In this document: in pieces, positions 41,533-52,067 of the stretch
Position numbering within the stretch: the stretch's first letter is position 1
How the letters are laid out: each line of letters begins with the position of its first letter
Source: an uncultured Nitrososphaerota archaeon
Lineage (GTDB): Archaea; Thermoproteota; Nitrososphaeria; Nitrososphaerales; CADDZS01
Assembly (NCBI GenBank): GCA_963799845.1
Contig: CAWCYI010000004.1
Location: 2,074,643 to 2,138,642, forward strand
Length of the DNA stretch: 64,000 nt
Reading direction: 5' to 3'
The notes under the pieces: generated by a model
Database searches by the model: none
What the model saw: the letters and a program-made list of their open reading frames with translations, nothing else
Told to the model about the DNA's origin: nothing
Translations under genes and position numbers: made by a program

Positions 41533-43010
41533 TTTGTGGGGCGGCTCCATTTCAGGGATTGGGAGCCGCCCGTACCTCTGGCGGATGGACAGATTATTCT
41601 GATCACCAAAATGTGTAGGAGTTGGAATAGTGATATGAAGCGAAAGAATCAGAGAAATTCAGTCAGCAAATTAAGGGAGGAAGTCAGCGAGGCTAATGGT
41701 ATGACAAACCCCACAGTTGCAGGTGTAGATTTAGGCGACAGTACGAGCTTGGCCACGGTACTCTCTCCGAGCGGAGATATGATGGACAGATTCACGTTCC
41801 AGATGAAGCAGGAAGGATATCAGATTCTCGCAGACAGACTACCGGAGAATGCAAAGATAGCGTGCGAAGCCACAGGAATGGTCTACCCATTCTTTAGAGC
41901 AATGACCCAGTTTGGTTACGACGTTACCGTCGCAAATACAAAAGAACTAGCCTGGATTTCGAAATCGAAAAAGAAAAATGATAAGACAGATAGCTTGAAA
42001 CTTGCAAAGCTCCACATGGCAGGCATACTACCTGAGGCTCACCTGTTGACAAGAGAGGAGCAGCTCACGAGAGATCTTTTGATTCAAAGGGTCAGGTTGG
42101 GACAGGACGTCACCAAGCTCAAGCTCAGGATCTTGAGCTATCTCAGCGCGAGGGAGTGAACGAGCTGCTCCCGGTGACAAGTGACAACTTCTCAGTCAAG
42201 AGAAGGAGTGCCATACGCGCGATGAAGTTCGGTGACGAAAGGGACATTGTGGTCAATTCGATGTTGGACAGACTTGAGTTCCTAGAGGAACAGTGTTCTC
42301 CCTTTGAAGAAGCCATCAGGGGCAGAGCCAAGGAGAGTGAGGACGTGAAAATAATAATGTCCGTTCAGGGAATAGATTTCTATTGCGGGTCGCTCCTCTC
42401 TTCATTCATTGGTGATGTAAACAGGTTTCCTACTGACGGCCACCTTGCAAGCGCGTTCGGAGTCGTTCCTGTCCAGCGGGACAGCTCCGATGTCAAAAGG
42501 AGAGGCAGGATGTCGAAGGATGGTCCCGCAATTGTAAGATGGGTACTCTCCGTCGTGACTGACACAGTTATGCAGAACAATGAGCAAATTAAGGCGTACT
42601 ACGAATCGGTGAAGAAAAGGACAGGAAGAAGCAAGAAAGCTCGCGTAGCAACTATGAGGAAGCTCACACGAATGTTCTACTTCATGCTGAAGAACAGACA
42701 AAACTGGAAGTGGGAGAATCCAGAATTGACAAGAGCGAAGATATCTAGACTGGGAGGCGCATCTAACTAACTAACAGGTCTCGGATAGAAAGAAAAGTGG
42801 GATTGAGCAACACAGCCTAACCACTCGTATAGGACTGAGCATTAGAGCTCTTAATTTTGAACGTGGAGCTTCTGTCTCCGCTGAATTGTCAGGTTGCGCG
42901 TTAGAGCGCTTATGGGTGTTTGCGGAAAAGACAGAAGCAGGCCTGCTGCTATCCACTTTGATTCGTCCAGAGAGACAATGTTAATAGAGGTGATGCTCCA
43001 AGCCCACATA
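41533..43010 (+). mobile_element. IS110-family insertion sequence (ends approximate)
   Basis: Transposase, left hairpin GGGCGGCTCC/GGAGCCGCCC, weak subterminal IR TGTGGG/CCCACA, ~240-nt non-coding right end. Confidence 0.7.
41701..42770 (+). CDS. IS110 DEDD transposase/recombinase, frameshift ~42144
   Basis: GVDLG, CEATG, KNDKTD; GDVNRF...GVVP..RDS...GRMSKDG; ARVATMRKL. Confidence 0.9.
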
Positions 43011-43321
43011 GGGCAGTCTGTCTATCAGCCAGGTGAACGAGCCAACTCAGACGAACGAAATTAGATGGGTGTCCTATACCTAGAAGAATAGGACAGGCAA
43101 GAACTAAGAAGGTTTGTTTACTTATTCCGAGTTGAAGTTTATTCCCGAACTCGCGATTTCGTTGGCATTATCGCAACACATCTCTCTCAAAATCAAGTCT
43201 CCTTATCGTCGTTCCTGAGAGCAGTTTCCTGCATGCGTCTCTGTGTATCGTCTTCCGAACTATCAAGATTCATGATCGGTGAATTGTTTTAATTTAGGTT
43301 CAGCTCTCTATAACTTGAATC

Positions 43322-43549
43322 ATGAGAAGACAGACAATGACGATTATAACGATTGTCATCGTAGCGGGAATAATATTCTTCTTCCTTGCTCCCGTGCAAC
43401 CCGTTAACGTTAGATTCGGTTGCCGCAGTTGCTATGGCAGCTACTATCATTCCCTCAGTTGTAATGTTTTCGCTCCTTCACTCGGCGTTGTGTATTATCA
43501 ATCAAAGTTTAGCTTGGGGTGCCATGCAAACATTCCCGCTGTTTTGTGA
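43322..43549 (+). CDS. small membrane protein, Cys-rich
   Basis: TM, FFLAPVQP, GCRSC. Confidence 0.65.
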   Translation: MRRQTMTIITIVIVAGIIFFFLAPVQPVNVRFGCRSCYGSYYHSLSCNVFAPSLGVVYYQSKFSLGCHANIPAVL

Positions 43550-43643
43550 TTCTGTTTCTAAGTGAGTCTGGAGGGAGCTAGGACGTTCCGTGTCCTAACT
43601 CCTACCAAGAGTCTTGCGTTCGCAAGGATTCAGATCCTGCGAC

Positions 43644-45146
43644 CTACTTCGAAAGGAACACTGCCGCCGACTCCGACCATACGTATCCGCTTGAGGAGCA
43701 CGTGAACGAGCCTGAAAAAGGCACTGTGGTTGATACCCCAGATGATGGCACGGAATATTCTGAAGCGCCTCTGTAGAGCCCTTGATGAATGATAAATCCG
43801 GTGCCGGCTCCGAGATTAGTTCCACACCCTACGCTATCCCCGAACACTCCCAGGGCGAAACCGGAAGTCGATGGGCTCATTGAACCAACTGACGGCGTCG
43901 AAGAGTAAGTTCCATGTCCGTTCGAGACATAGATTGTACCTGATTGTATATTGTTGATCTCGTAGACGAATACGTCAGCATCTCCTGCACTTCCTGTCAT
44001 GGTGACCGTAATTGTGATGCCGAATCCCGAATCAGCGGGATGCCCATACCAAATGGAAGAATATGCATTGTTGGGGGTTCCCGTAGCTGAACCCGGCGGA
44101 AGTTCGTTATAAATCGAGCCTCGATTGTCCGTGACTCCTTGAACACTGTTAATATTCGAGCCCACAGCGATTAGGAGAGTGTCCGACGTGCTCTGAGGGG
44201 TTATATTTACCTGGACCATCCCCACTCCGGCCCCGGAATTATGCTGGTACTGTACAAGGGACGCGAGGCCAAAACCCTGCTCGTGCGAACTCACATAGCT
44301 ATACAACATATTGCTGTCCTCGCCCGTCTGGTAGCACAGTCCGTTGGATCCTCCCATAAACTGACCTGGGGCATTCGTGCAGGCACCGGTAAATGGATTC
44401 ACTTTAGAGTAAGTTATTGTGCCTGAGCCACCAGTGAATGTCGTAGTAGGGCATATGAGGGGATCACATGGTCCCACGATGCCGAAGTCTTGCTGTGAAT
44501 CGTGATAGTAAGTAATAGTAGGGGTGTTATTGATCTGGTTAGGATAGATGTAGGTGCTTACAGAATGTGCGCCAGTTGCAGACAACAAGAAGTCGTTAAC
44601 GTTGTCATGCGAAGTAGTCGGATTGCCCCGTCCATCTATCTCAAAAGCAAGCTGCGTACCTGCAGATGTCCATAGAGTTGGATACTGAGTCTCCATCGTT
44701 GCACCAGTGTCGGCGGTATTGGGCATTGTCGCCAAGTTCGGCCAAAATTCAATGGTGTAACAAGAGGCACTTTGGCCAACAATGAGTGCCTGCTGAATCC
44801 ACGACCAGCTCCCGTCGGATTTTTGGACGACGTTATTCTGATAACTGAAAGTGTATGTTTCCTGACTACACGAGGGTGGAGGCGAACCACTGTAGGTTGT
44901 GCCTGTTACGATATTGGTTTTGATGTTGACCGTTGAGGTAAAGAATGTGGTTATCACTCCGCTACTGTTAGTGATAGGGTTGAATACATAGTTGGTCGCG
45001 CCTTCTTCGCCGTAGACATATGGAGTGGTGATAGTCATGAGTAGGGAAATGGCTCCGATGATAATAATTGAGATTTTGATATTTGTTTTCAAAATTATCG
45101 CCTTTCCTAGTTGACTCCGAAATGCAGAATCACATAACTGCCCCAA
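43644..45146 (-). CDS. secreted protein with a possible thermopsin-like N-terminal domain
   Basis: Signal peptide; FSYQNNV...WIQQ resembles thermopsin SLQLN...YWxQN; C-terminal domain shared with 15264. Confidence 0.6.
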   Translation of the reverse strand: MGQLCDSAFRSQLGKAIILKTNIKISIIIIGAISLLMTITTPYVYGEEGATNYVFNPITNSSGVITTFFTSTVNIKTNIVTGTTYSGSPPPSCSQETYTFSYQNNVVQKSDGSWSWIQQALIVGQSASCYTIEFWPNLATMPNTADTGATMETQYPTLWTSAGTQLAFEIDGRGNPTTSHDNVNDFLLSATGAHSVSTYIYPNQINNTPTITYYHDSQQDFGIVGPCDPLICPTTTFTGGSGTITYSKVNPFTGACTNAPGQFMGGSNGLCYQTGEDSNMLYSYVSSHEQGFGLASLVQYQHNSGAGVGMVQVNITPQSTSDTLLIAVGSNINSVQGVTDNRGSIYNELPPGSATGTPNNAYSSIWYGHPADSGFGITITVTMTGSAGDADVFVYEINNIQSGTIYVSNGHGTYSSTPSVGSMSPSTSGFALGVFGDSVGCGTNLGAGTGFIIHQGLYRGASEYSVPSSGVSTTVPFSGSFTCSSSGYVWSESAAVFLSK

Positions 45147-46121
45147 ATGTCGCCGACCAAAAGCGAGTATTCACCTGGAGCAAAATGCACGAATTGGGCT
45201 AGACTGGCATCGTAATAACCATTCACTTGATAGGAAGCGATCGCTGGATATCTGACACTACTCTCGACAGGGTTAGAGGAGGACTGTGGACTAGTTATTA
45301 TGGAAGTGGAAGTCGAAGTAATGCAAAATGAAGTAGAATAACTTGTGACAGTGCTGCCATCAGACATTGTGGAGGTTTGATTGTTAAGACTGCACGAAGT
45401 GTACACTTCAGTTTGAGTTGAAGCTGAAATCGAAACTGAAACAGAAGAATTTGTGCGTACTGCCGTAAGCATATTGCTGCTAGGATCGAAGCTGTAGTCA
45501 GCTATAATTCCCCGAGCGTGGGCAGAGCAGTGGTCCGGGGGCACGCCATGGAATTGGTGTTGCCGAGCTAATATTAGAGGACGCATAGAATCCGGAATAA
45601 AGAGCATCATTGAACAAGCCACCCTTGCACTGTCCCACGAGAGACTGAAACGCCCAGCCCGTGTTCGAAGAGACATTGTTGTAGGATGAAAGCGTGTTGA
45701 ATGCCTCAATAGAGATGGTAAGGTTTCCTCCCTGCGCTAATGAGACCGTATCTAAACTAGCATTCAGCCGAATTCCGTTATTCGATGTTTGTGCTGCCGA
45801 ACTTGGGGAAGTATTGGCCAAACTTGTAGAAAGTGTTGTTGGATTTTGAGGGGTGCGAGAAGAAGTTGAATTTGTAACCTGACCGGTCGTACTAATTCCT
45901 CCAAGGGCCACCCAAACCCCGCCGGCTATGATAATGGTAACAAATGCTAATCCGACCAAGGTAGTTTTCGAAAGGGCGCTTTGAAGTCGTTTGGCTCTTA
46001 CTCCCTCAACGTTTGTGATCATTCTTGCCGTCGGCTGCGTATGAGAATGTGGATTAGATAAAGTATTCCTATTTTTGCTGAATGATATATCATTTTCTGT
46101 CAAACAAACGAATATCATCAA
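45107..46121 (-). CDS. secreted protein (family B), frameshift ~45510
   Basis: Two overlapping ORFs together collinear with 3325..3993. Confidence 0.7.
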
Positions 46122-46220
46122 TTCCGATATAGTAGGGTTAGGATCTTAAGATATCTGAAAATCAGCCTGACTTGGATCCTGTTAAGTTATGTTGAGAGAA
46201 TTTCTTGGACGAGCCCTTCC

Positions 46221-46391
46221 TTACCCATTTGCTCCAAAACCGTGGCCGTTGCCCTGTTTCATTAGCAACTCATTGATCTTGTTGCTTGCATCTTCCTTAG
46301 TCAGACCTGTAAGCTCGCCGTCGCTTACTCCCTTGCTTTCCAAAAGTGCCTTTTGTTTGTCGGTCGCCATTTGCATTATTCCATCGTCCAT
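46221..46391 (-). CDS. small ATxKQ-motif protein
   Basis: ATDKQKALL...LTKEDASNKINEL; similar to the N-terminus of 47201. Confidence 0.6.
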   Translation of the reverse strand: MDDGIMQMATDKQKALLESKGVSDGELTGLTKEDASNKINELLMKQGNGHGFGANG

Positions 46392-46573
46392 CCAAATCAC
46401 TTACAATTCTGAATTATTTTGAGCTTTAAGATTCAAGATACCTTGTTTTGTTTTTGATTATTTTCAGAAACAAGTCCTAAAATTCCAAGTGTAAGACAAA
46501 AAAACAAAAGGACAAAATGTCAGTTTTTGTCTTTCTGGGTTGGTCCGGAAGGGTGTCTTTCTAAAAAAATTTC

Positions 46574-46711
46574 CTACGTGTTTTTGAGTAACTTGGATAA
46601 TGCGTCAATGATAAGATCGTTAATCGTCACGCCTCTTGTTTTGGATTCCTGTTTTAGAATCTCCCTTGTTTCTTCCCTAACGGTTATGTTCTTCCATCCT
46701 TTTTCCGGTAT
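46574..46711 (-). CDS. RHH DNA-binding protein with probable AUA start
   Basis: (I)PEKGWKNITVREETREILK...TINDLI; GGTGA SD upstream. Confidence 0.65.
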   Translation of the reverse strand: MPEKGWKNITVREETREILKQESKTRGVTINDLIIDALSKLLKNT

Positions 46712-46863
46712 TTTATCACCTTACTGAATATTAATTTCGAAGGTCGGGTCGCCTGATTCATCGAAAAATTTCGGGAGGCCGCCGGACTCCCGTGCGCCCA
46801 ATGCACAAAGCCGAGTTGCATAAGATCAGTTATTCTATCACCTTTTGGTTTTATATAGCCTGA

Positions 46864-47201
46864 CTAGTCAACTCGTTTATTGGATTTCTCGATCCAATAC
46901 TTCAATCCGTAGACCTGTCTACTCGTTTCCTGGATAAGCGCGATGTGCGCCTCTTTCAGTTCGGACTTGTCTTTTAGTCCAAAATAGTCCATGACTATTC
47001 GGGCTGCCTCTCCTAAATTCAGGGTACCTGCAATAATGCAGCCTCCTTTCTGTCCGGAGGGGTGTTTTTTCTTCCCTCCCTTGCACGTTTAACGAGTTCC
47101 GCTAACATCTGACTCGCTTCCTCTATACTTAGAGACTGTATTGTTTCTTCTGAGACCTTGAAGTTTCTCAGAGCCTCGATTTGTTTTGTTGTTGGATTCA
47201 T
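46864..47201 (-). CDS. hypothetical protein, frameshift ~47040
   Basis: GGTGA SD; PTTKQIEAL; second frame open to TAG at 46864. Confidence 0.6.
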
Positions 47202-47212
47202 ATTTTCACCTA

Positions 47213-47419
47213 TCAATATCTAACAATCTGTTTCATAATATCCGAAATCTGGTCAGTCACCAGAATTACTGCTTTCAGCGGACAAATACTAGATTTACAC
47301 TCAAATAACGTAAAGTCGTTATTTTCCGTGCTTCCCTTTACTGCCAAAAACGTCCTACAATTTGGACATGACAAAGACACCTTTTCTATTCTATTTTTCG
47401 TTTCCTTTGCTACAAACAC
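47213..47419 (-). CDS. Zn-ribbon protein
   Basis: CPNC...C....C; GGTGA SD. Confidence 0.65.
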   Translation of the reverse strand: MFVAKETKNRIEKVSLSCPNCRTFLAVKGSTENNDFTLFECKSSICPLKAVILVTDQISDIMKQIVRY

Positions 47420-48634
47420 ACTATCACCATTGTTTCATATTCTTGGACTAAAATTACCACATGCGTTAACTTGCGACCCGACCAGCCAGCGCCCTCGTAA
47501 GCGTCAGCGCACGAGCTGGCGATGGCTAATATTAATTCAATTTCAAAACTCTTTCAAAATCATACACTCACAGTCTAACACTATCTTAGTAGGCAATTTC
47601 TCTGTCTATCCTGCGACTGGCAGCTTCATGCAACTGAGATGCAGCAGATGTCATATTAGATTCTACCTGCTTAAAGTAAAACATGCGAGCTTTGATAATA
47701 ATATTCTTTGTCTCGCTCGCGGTATCTATCTCGCCCGCAGGTGCGGGCTCACAAAGTAGCCCCTTTTCTTTACCTGGATTCTCATCCCTTTGTCTGTAAT
47801 TTCATTTCTCAGTTTATGGACGAATGTCTAGTCATCCCCGAGATCTAGATGGCGGACAAAGTATATTGACATACTTCTACCCTGAGGAAGCAGAAGCTTT
47901 TGCAGCAATAAGAGGTTCGACCTTAGTTCCACAGCAATTCTTCAGTATTGAATAGAGTTCATTGAGCATTGGCTCGGTGATCACTCGTGGCGAAAAATCC
48001 CACAATCGAATAAATCCACTTCCTTTTGATTTCAAATCGAAAATCTTAATCCATCCTGACAGATACTTCGTGGAGAACTAACTCTACGTTCTTGTCTTGC
48101 GGTGCTTGAAACGCGAGATCGTAAAGTATGATCATGCTTAATATTTAGATTTAAGACCGAATTCTCTTCTGAACCAATCCAAGAACCTAACGTAAACTCC
48201 GCCAAAGAGAATTTCCAAGACCGTAGACGAACCTAGACCGAAAAGAGCCGCCTCAACTGACTTTGACGTGTTTAGAAAAACTGGGCGTTTAGAGAATCGT
48301 CCAGAAGATTGCCATAGCACCCGCATCTACGGCGAATCGCTTTATCGAGAATCCCTGACCCAAATTATGAATTGAAAAAGGTAATCTCAAATAAATTGTT
48401 GTATGCTGATATACGCACGCAAACAGATTACTTACTTTCGTGCCGTCCATATTTCTTTTTGGCTGTGTTCATACAATCATCAAAAGTTGTTTTCCTTCGG
48501 AGGAAGCCATACTTCTCATCAGCAACGTAGCCGGCGTAGGGCTTTTTGTCAAAAGTGTCGGAGCCGATGGCTGAGTAAGCGTCCTAGCATGACAACCTTT
48601 GATTTCAAATCAGGGCTCAAATTTAGCGGATGAT

Positions 48635-48883
48635 CTAGCCCACGACGGGGCAAGATGCTGAAGTACTTTGAGAAGTTACACTGAGAGTTATTGTTGTAGT
48701 AGTGCTTGAGGCTATTCCAGTTGCCGTGGATGTTATAGTGGTTATCGTTACGTTAAGGAATCGCTGCGAACTAGCATTTACTGTCGGTAAGCTATATTCT
48801 GTATAATTGCTGGTGCTCGCGGAGACGGTTCCAGCAACCCAACTGCATGTTCCGCTGGTGTAAGCAGTTAAATGGGCGATCAT
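48635..48883 (-). pseudogene. 3' part of a degraded secreted-protein gene
   Basis: Thr-rich; upstream frame broken. Confidence 0.45.
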
Positions 48884-49301
48884 GGTTAGAACAATTATCC
48901 TTTGTTCTCAAGGCGAGTATCTCAGCCTCCCTCAAAGGGTGAGCCCAGCATCTCTGGATAGCAGGGAGATGGAAGAATCGAGCAAGCACTACCCCAGGCA
49001 GCTACTTTGCAAATGTAAGGTTCCTCTGCGGGATCACATTGCTAAATGGCAATGGCCCAGCTCACGACCTATTGTTATTGCTTGATGGAAATGACAGTCT
49101 AATGACAGTTGCCTGACAGTTGCCCCACAGTACCCCCACAGTCATGCCACGAAAACCCCACAGTGGCCACGCTCGATCACGCTCACCCATCATCACCATC
49201 ATCAACAGGCGAAGCAGCAGAGGGCGACAACACCACCACCAAGCTCAGCCGAAGTCCGCATGAGCTGATGCCACCTAAGCTATTGCTTTATTCACACCAG
49301 C

Positions 49302-49694
49302 TCAGCCGAAAACATACTTCCTCGGTCCACCGCTTAGAAGGTAGCCGAAGATGATCAGCCCGAGCAACAATTCGATGATTCCAACGGGCAGATCGAAAAG
49401 CGATGTTACGATGGCGAACAACGCGGTGATCAAATCGAATCCCCAGGCCGCTGCATTTCCGACCCACAATCCATAGGCGACACCAAAGCAGATGAGGCCG
49501 ATGACGAGGATCAAGCTGCCGTAAATCAGAGCCGACACTGTTAGGAATAGAAGATGTACCGGCGGGGCGGTCGAGGCCACCGCAGCTAGTATCAACAACG
49601 CGCCGCCCACTAGCAAGAGTATTCCTTCAACTCCCTGCAACACTGCGATTATGCTAACACCCGTTGGTCTTTTTCCGTATCCCAAAGTTCTCAC
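49302..49694 (-). CDS. four-TM membrane protein (RPTGV.IIA type)
   Basis: KRPTGVSIIAVL...YGLW...AW. Confidence 0.75.
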   Translation of the reverse strand: MRTLGYGKRPTGVSIIAVLQGVEGILLLVGGALLILAAVASTAPPVHLLFLTVSALIYGSLILVIGLICFGVAYGLWVGNAAAWGFDLITALFAIVTSLFDLPVGIIELLLGLIIFGYLLSGGPRKYVFG

Positions 49695-49727
49695 ACTAAA
49701 AACCAGTTTCTACTTTAAGGACGCAGA

Positions 49728-51306
49728 TTGTTGCAAAAGGCTACCGCGCTGAGTGAGGAATGTTGCCCGCCGATCCGGATCACGATTGAGGATCTGGTGA
49801 GGTTGAAACGTGAAGGTTCCCTGATCGTTCCAGGCTTCCAGCGAAAAGAGGTCTGGCCCCACCACTACAAGCAGAATCTAATCGCGAAGATACTCAGACG
49901 CAGACCGCTGCCCGAGTTTCTACTTTTTCTAAATCCTGACACGAAGAAATACGAGATTATCAATGGCCAGCAAAGAATAGCCTCGATTTTTGATTTCGTG
50001 AACGGCAGGATAACCGCCGTCAGCTATCCGCTGATGGAACCCGACGAGACAGAGATCAGCTACGGGTTGATGAGCGATGCCGAGAGGGAGAGATTCTTCA
50101 CTTATCCAATGTTCGCGAGGATTGCTCGAACCAAAGAGGACATGCAGCTGATCCGACAGTACTACGACGATTGGAACAGGTACGTCGTGGCGCTTTCGCC
50201 TCAGGAGCTTCGCCACGAGAAATTCTACGGTACTCGCATGTTGAATCTGGTGGAGAGGCTGGCAGAACAGGATGGCTGGCTACAAGAACACAAAATCGTC
50301 TCCCCAAAGGAAGTGAGTCGGATGGGAGATATTCAATTTGTCAGCGAGTTGCTGCTAGGGATTGAGAAAGGAATTCAGGACCGCCACGCATCTGTCGATC
50401 TTTTCTTTGCAGAATTTGATGACTCAAAGTTTCCCGTGGAAATGATGAGGACGTGGGCGACAGATTTCAGCACGACAAAGGATCTCGTACTCAGAATTTT
50501 AGGCAATCAGCTACGAGGAACATACTGGAATAACCGAGCAGATTTCTATTCGCTGTTCATCGCTGTCGATATTCTGAGTCGGCAGCCATGAATTTCTTGA
50601 GGCGCGGGATCCAGACATTCGCCGCAAGCTGATCGCGTTCAAGAAAACCTGCGTGAAGGACGGGCTTAATTCCCAGGACGCAGACGTGCGGCAGTACCAC
50701 TCGGGAGTTTGGAGAGGCGGCCTGAATGACAAAAGAAATCGCGAGAAGCGAACCGAGGTTTTGGTGAGGATCCTGAAACCCTATCTCGCGCCAACGTACA
50801 AACACGAGCAACCAGTACAGACCATTGTTTCAACGGTCAGAGAAGTGGTGAAAGAGGTCGCGAAGATTCCGCCAATCTTCAAAGACATGAAACCTGTCTT
50901 TCCATTGCAGCCAAAAGCACAGCAGCAGCCAACACCCGAACCCGAAGCGAAAGAGGACAGCCGACAGTACCGGGTACAGTTCATCGAGAAATTCTGCAAC
51001 GAGAGGAAAGGCAAGAATGACGCTGAGGGAGTCGGCCTCATCACCAGCTTCATCCTCTACATCGGATCCGAGAATTTCAAAGAGCTCAACGCTTTCCTAA
51101 ATGGACCCAATCGCGGCCACGTCTCGCTGGAAGATCGACACCTGTATCTGATGCAGGTCGAAAAGACGGCGTACATCGAAATATGGAATCTGCCAAAAGG
51201 AGACGACAACGCCCGAGTGATCAAGCAGATAAAATTCAGCTTGATCGAAGTGGAACAAGATCGCGCAGAGACTTTTGAAGGGCTTCTGATAACAACAAGA
51301 GGATGA
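49728..51306 (+). CDS. DUF262 (GmrSD/ParB-like) domain protein, frameshift ~50580
   Basis: PGFQRKEVW, IINGQQR, QELR; alternative frame open from ~50585 into ORF 50653. Confidence 0.8.
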
Positions 51307-51358
51307 AGCCAGATCGCGACTTGGCTGACTCGTAAAACCTCACTTTGCTTTTTCTTCT

Positions 51359-52066
51359 ATGCACAATCCTCGGCACTATCCGCAGCGACGCCCGGCCTCT
51401 CGACCACGCCGAGGACCGTCGAGGAAGGGGAAGGCTCTACCAAAAAGAGAGCAGCCAGAATTCATCGGTCAATTCCCCACTAATCTTGATGAGACTAAGC
51501 CGCTGTCGGGAGAGCTCCTTTTCAAAATCTTTGAAGCTCTGAACGAGTCCAAAGAACACATGCTACTGATGCCGCAATATCCTCATGAATTCGCGGATAA
51601 AGTTGGTCTGCGAGAAGAGTACGATAACCCGTACGATGATACGTTGCACGAATTGATCTTCGACGATTTCAATCAAGCGTTGTATTCGATACAGGATGCA
51701 AAGGGAAACTGGTACACGCCAGACACAAGCGGCCTGACTATTGGGACGGGCTTCACCGATGAGCTGAGATTAGGCAAAGATGGATTCGTGTACTTCCGTG
51801 GAGTGTTCCCCGAGAGTATGGTAGCTGACGCAAGCAAGATGCCAGGCACGGGAGAGAAATCTGACATGGGAGATCGGCGAGTCTACGTACAGATGCGGGT
51901 GAATCCCAATAACGTCTCGACCTTTTTGCTGAACGAATGGCTCAAGAGACTAAACAAGCATGTTTCAGGGTTCGACCCCGAGACTAGTACTTGGATGGGG
52001 CCGAAAGGAGAATTCGAGGATAAGGCTCTGGGCGGCGAATTCTTTCATAAAGATAAGAGTGCTTGA
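51359..52066 (+). CDS. hypothetical protein with HYP leader
   Basis: MHNPRHYPQRRPASRPRR. Confidence 0.75.
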   Translation: MHNPRHYPQRRPASRPRRGPSRKGKALPKREQPEFIGQFPTNLDETKPLSGELLFKIFEALNESKEHMLLMPQYPHEFADKVGLREEYDNPYDDTLHELIFDDFNQALYSIQDAKGNWYTPDTSGLTIGTGFTDELRLGKDGFVYFRGVFPESMVADASKMPGTGEKSDMGDRRVYVQMRVNPNNVSTFLLNEWLKRLNKHVSGFDPETSTWMGPKGEFEDKALGGEFFHKDKSA

Positions 52067-52067
52067 A

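Noticed and set aside
42130-42160. Programmed frameshift in the IS110 transposase
   Set aside because: Not typical of IS110, no slippery site, and one missing A restores the frame like the other indels.
40740-47860. attL/attR direct repeats for the integrase element
   Set aside because: Only short CCCGAG-type matches were found, too weak to call.
39059-50591. Dnd/Ssp phosphorothioate or DpdA-type system (PAPS reductase + DUF262)
   Set aside because: The PAPS-reductase gene is a fragment 10 kb away and the other components are absent.
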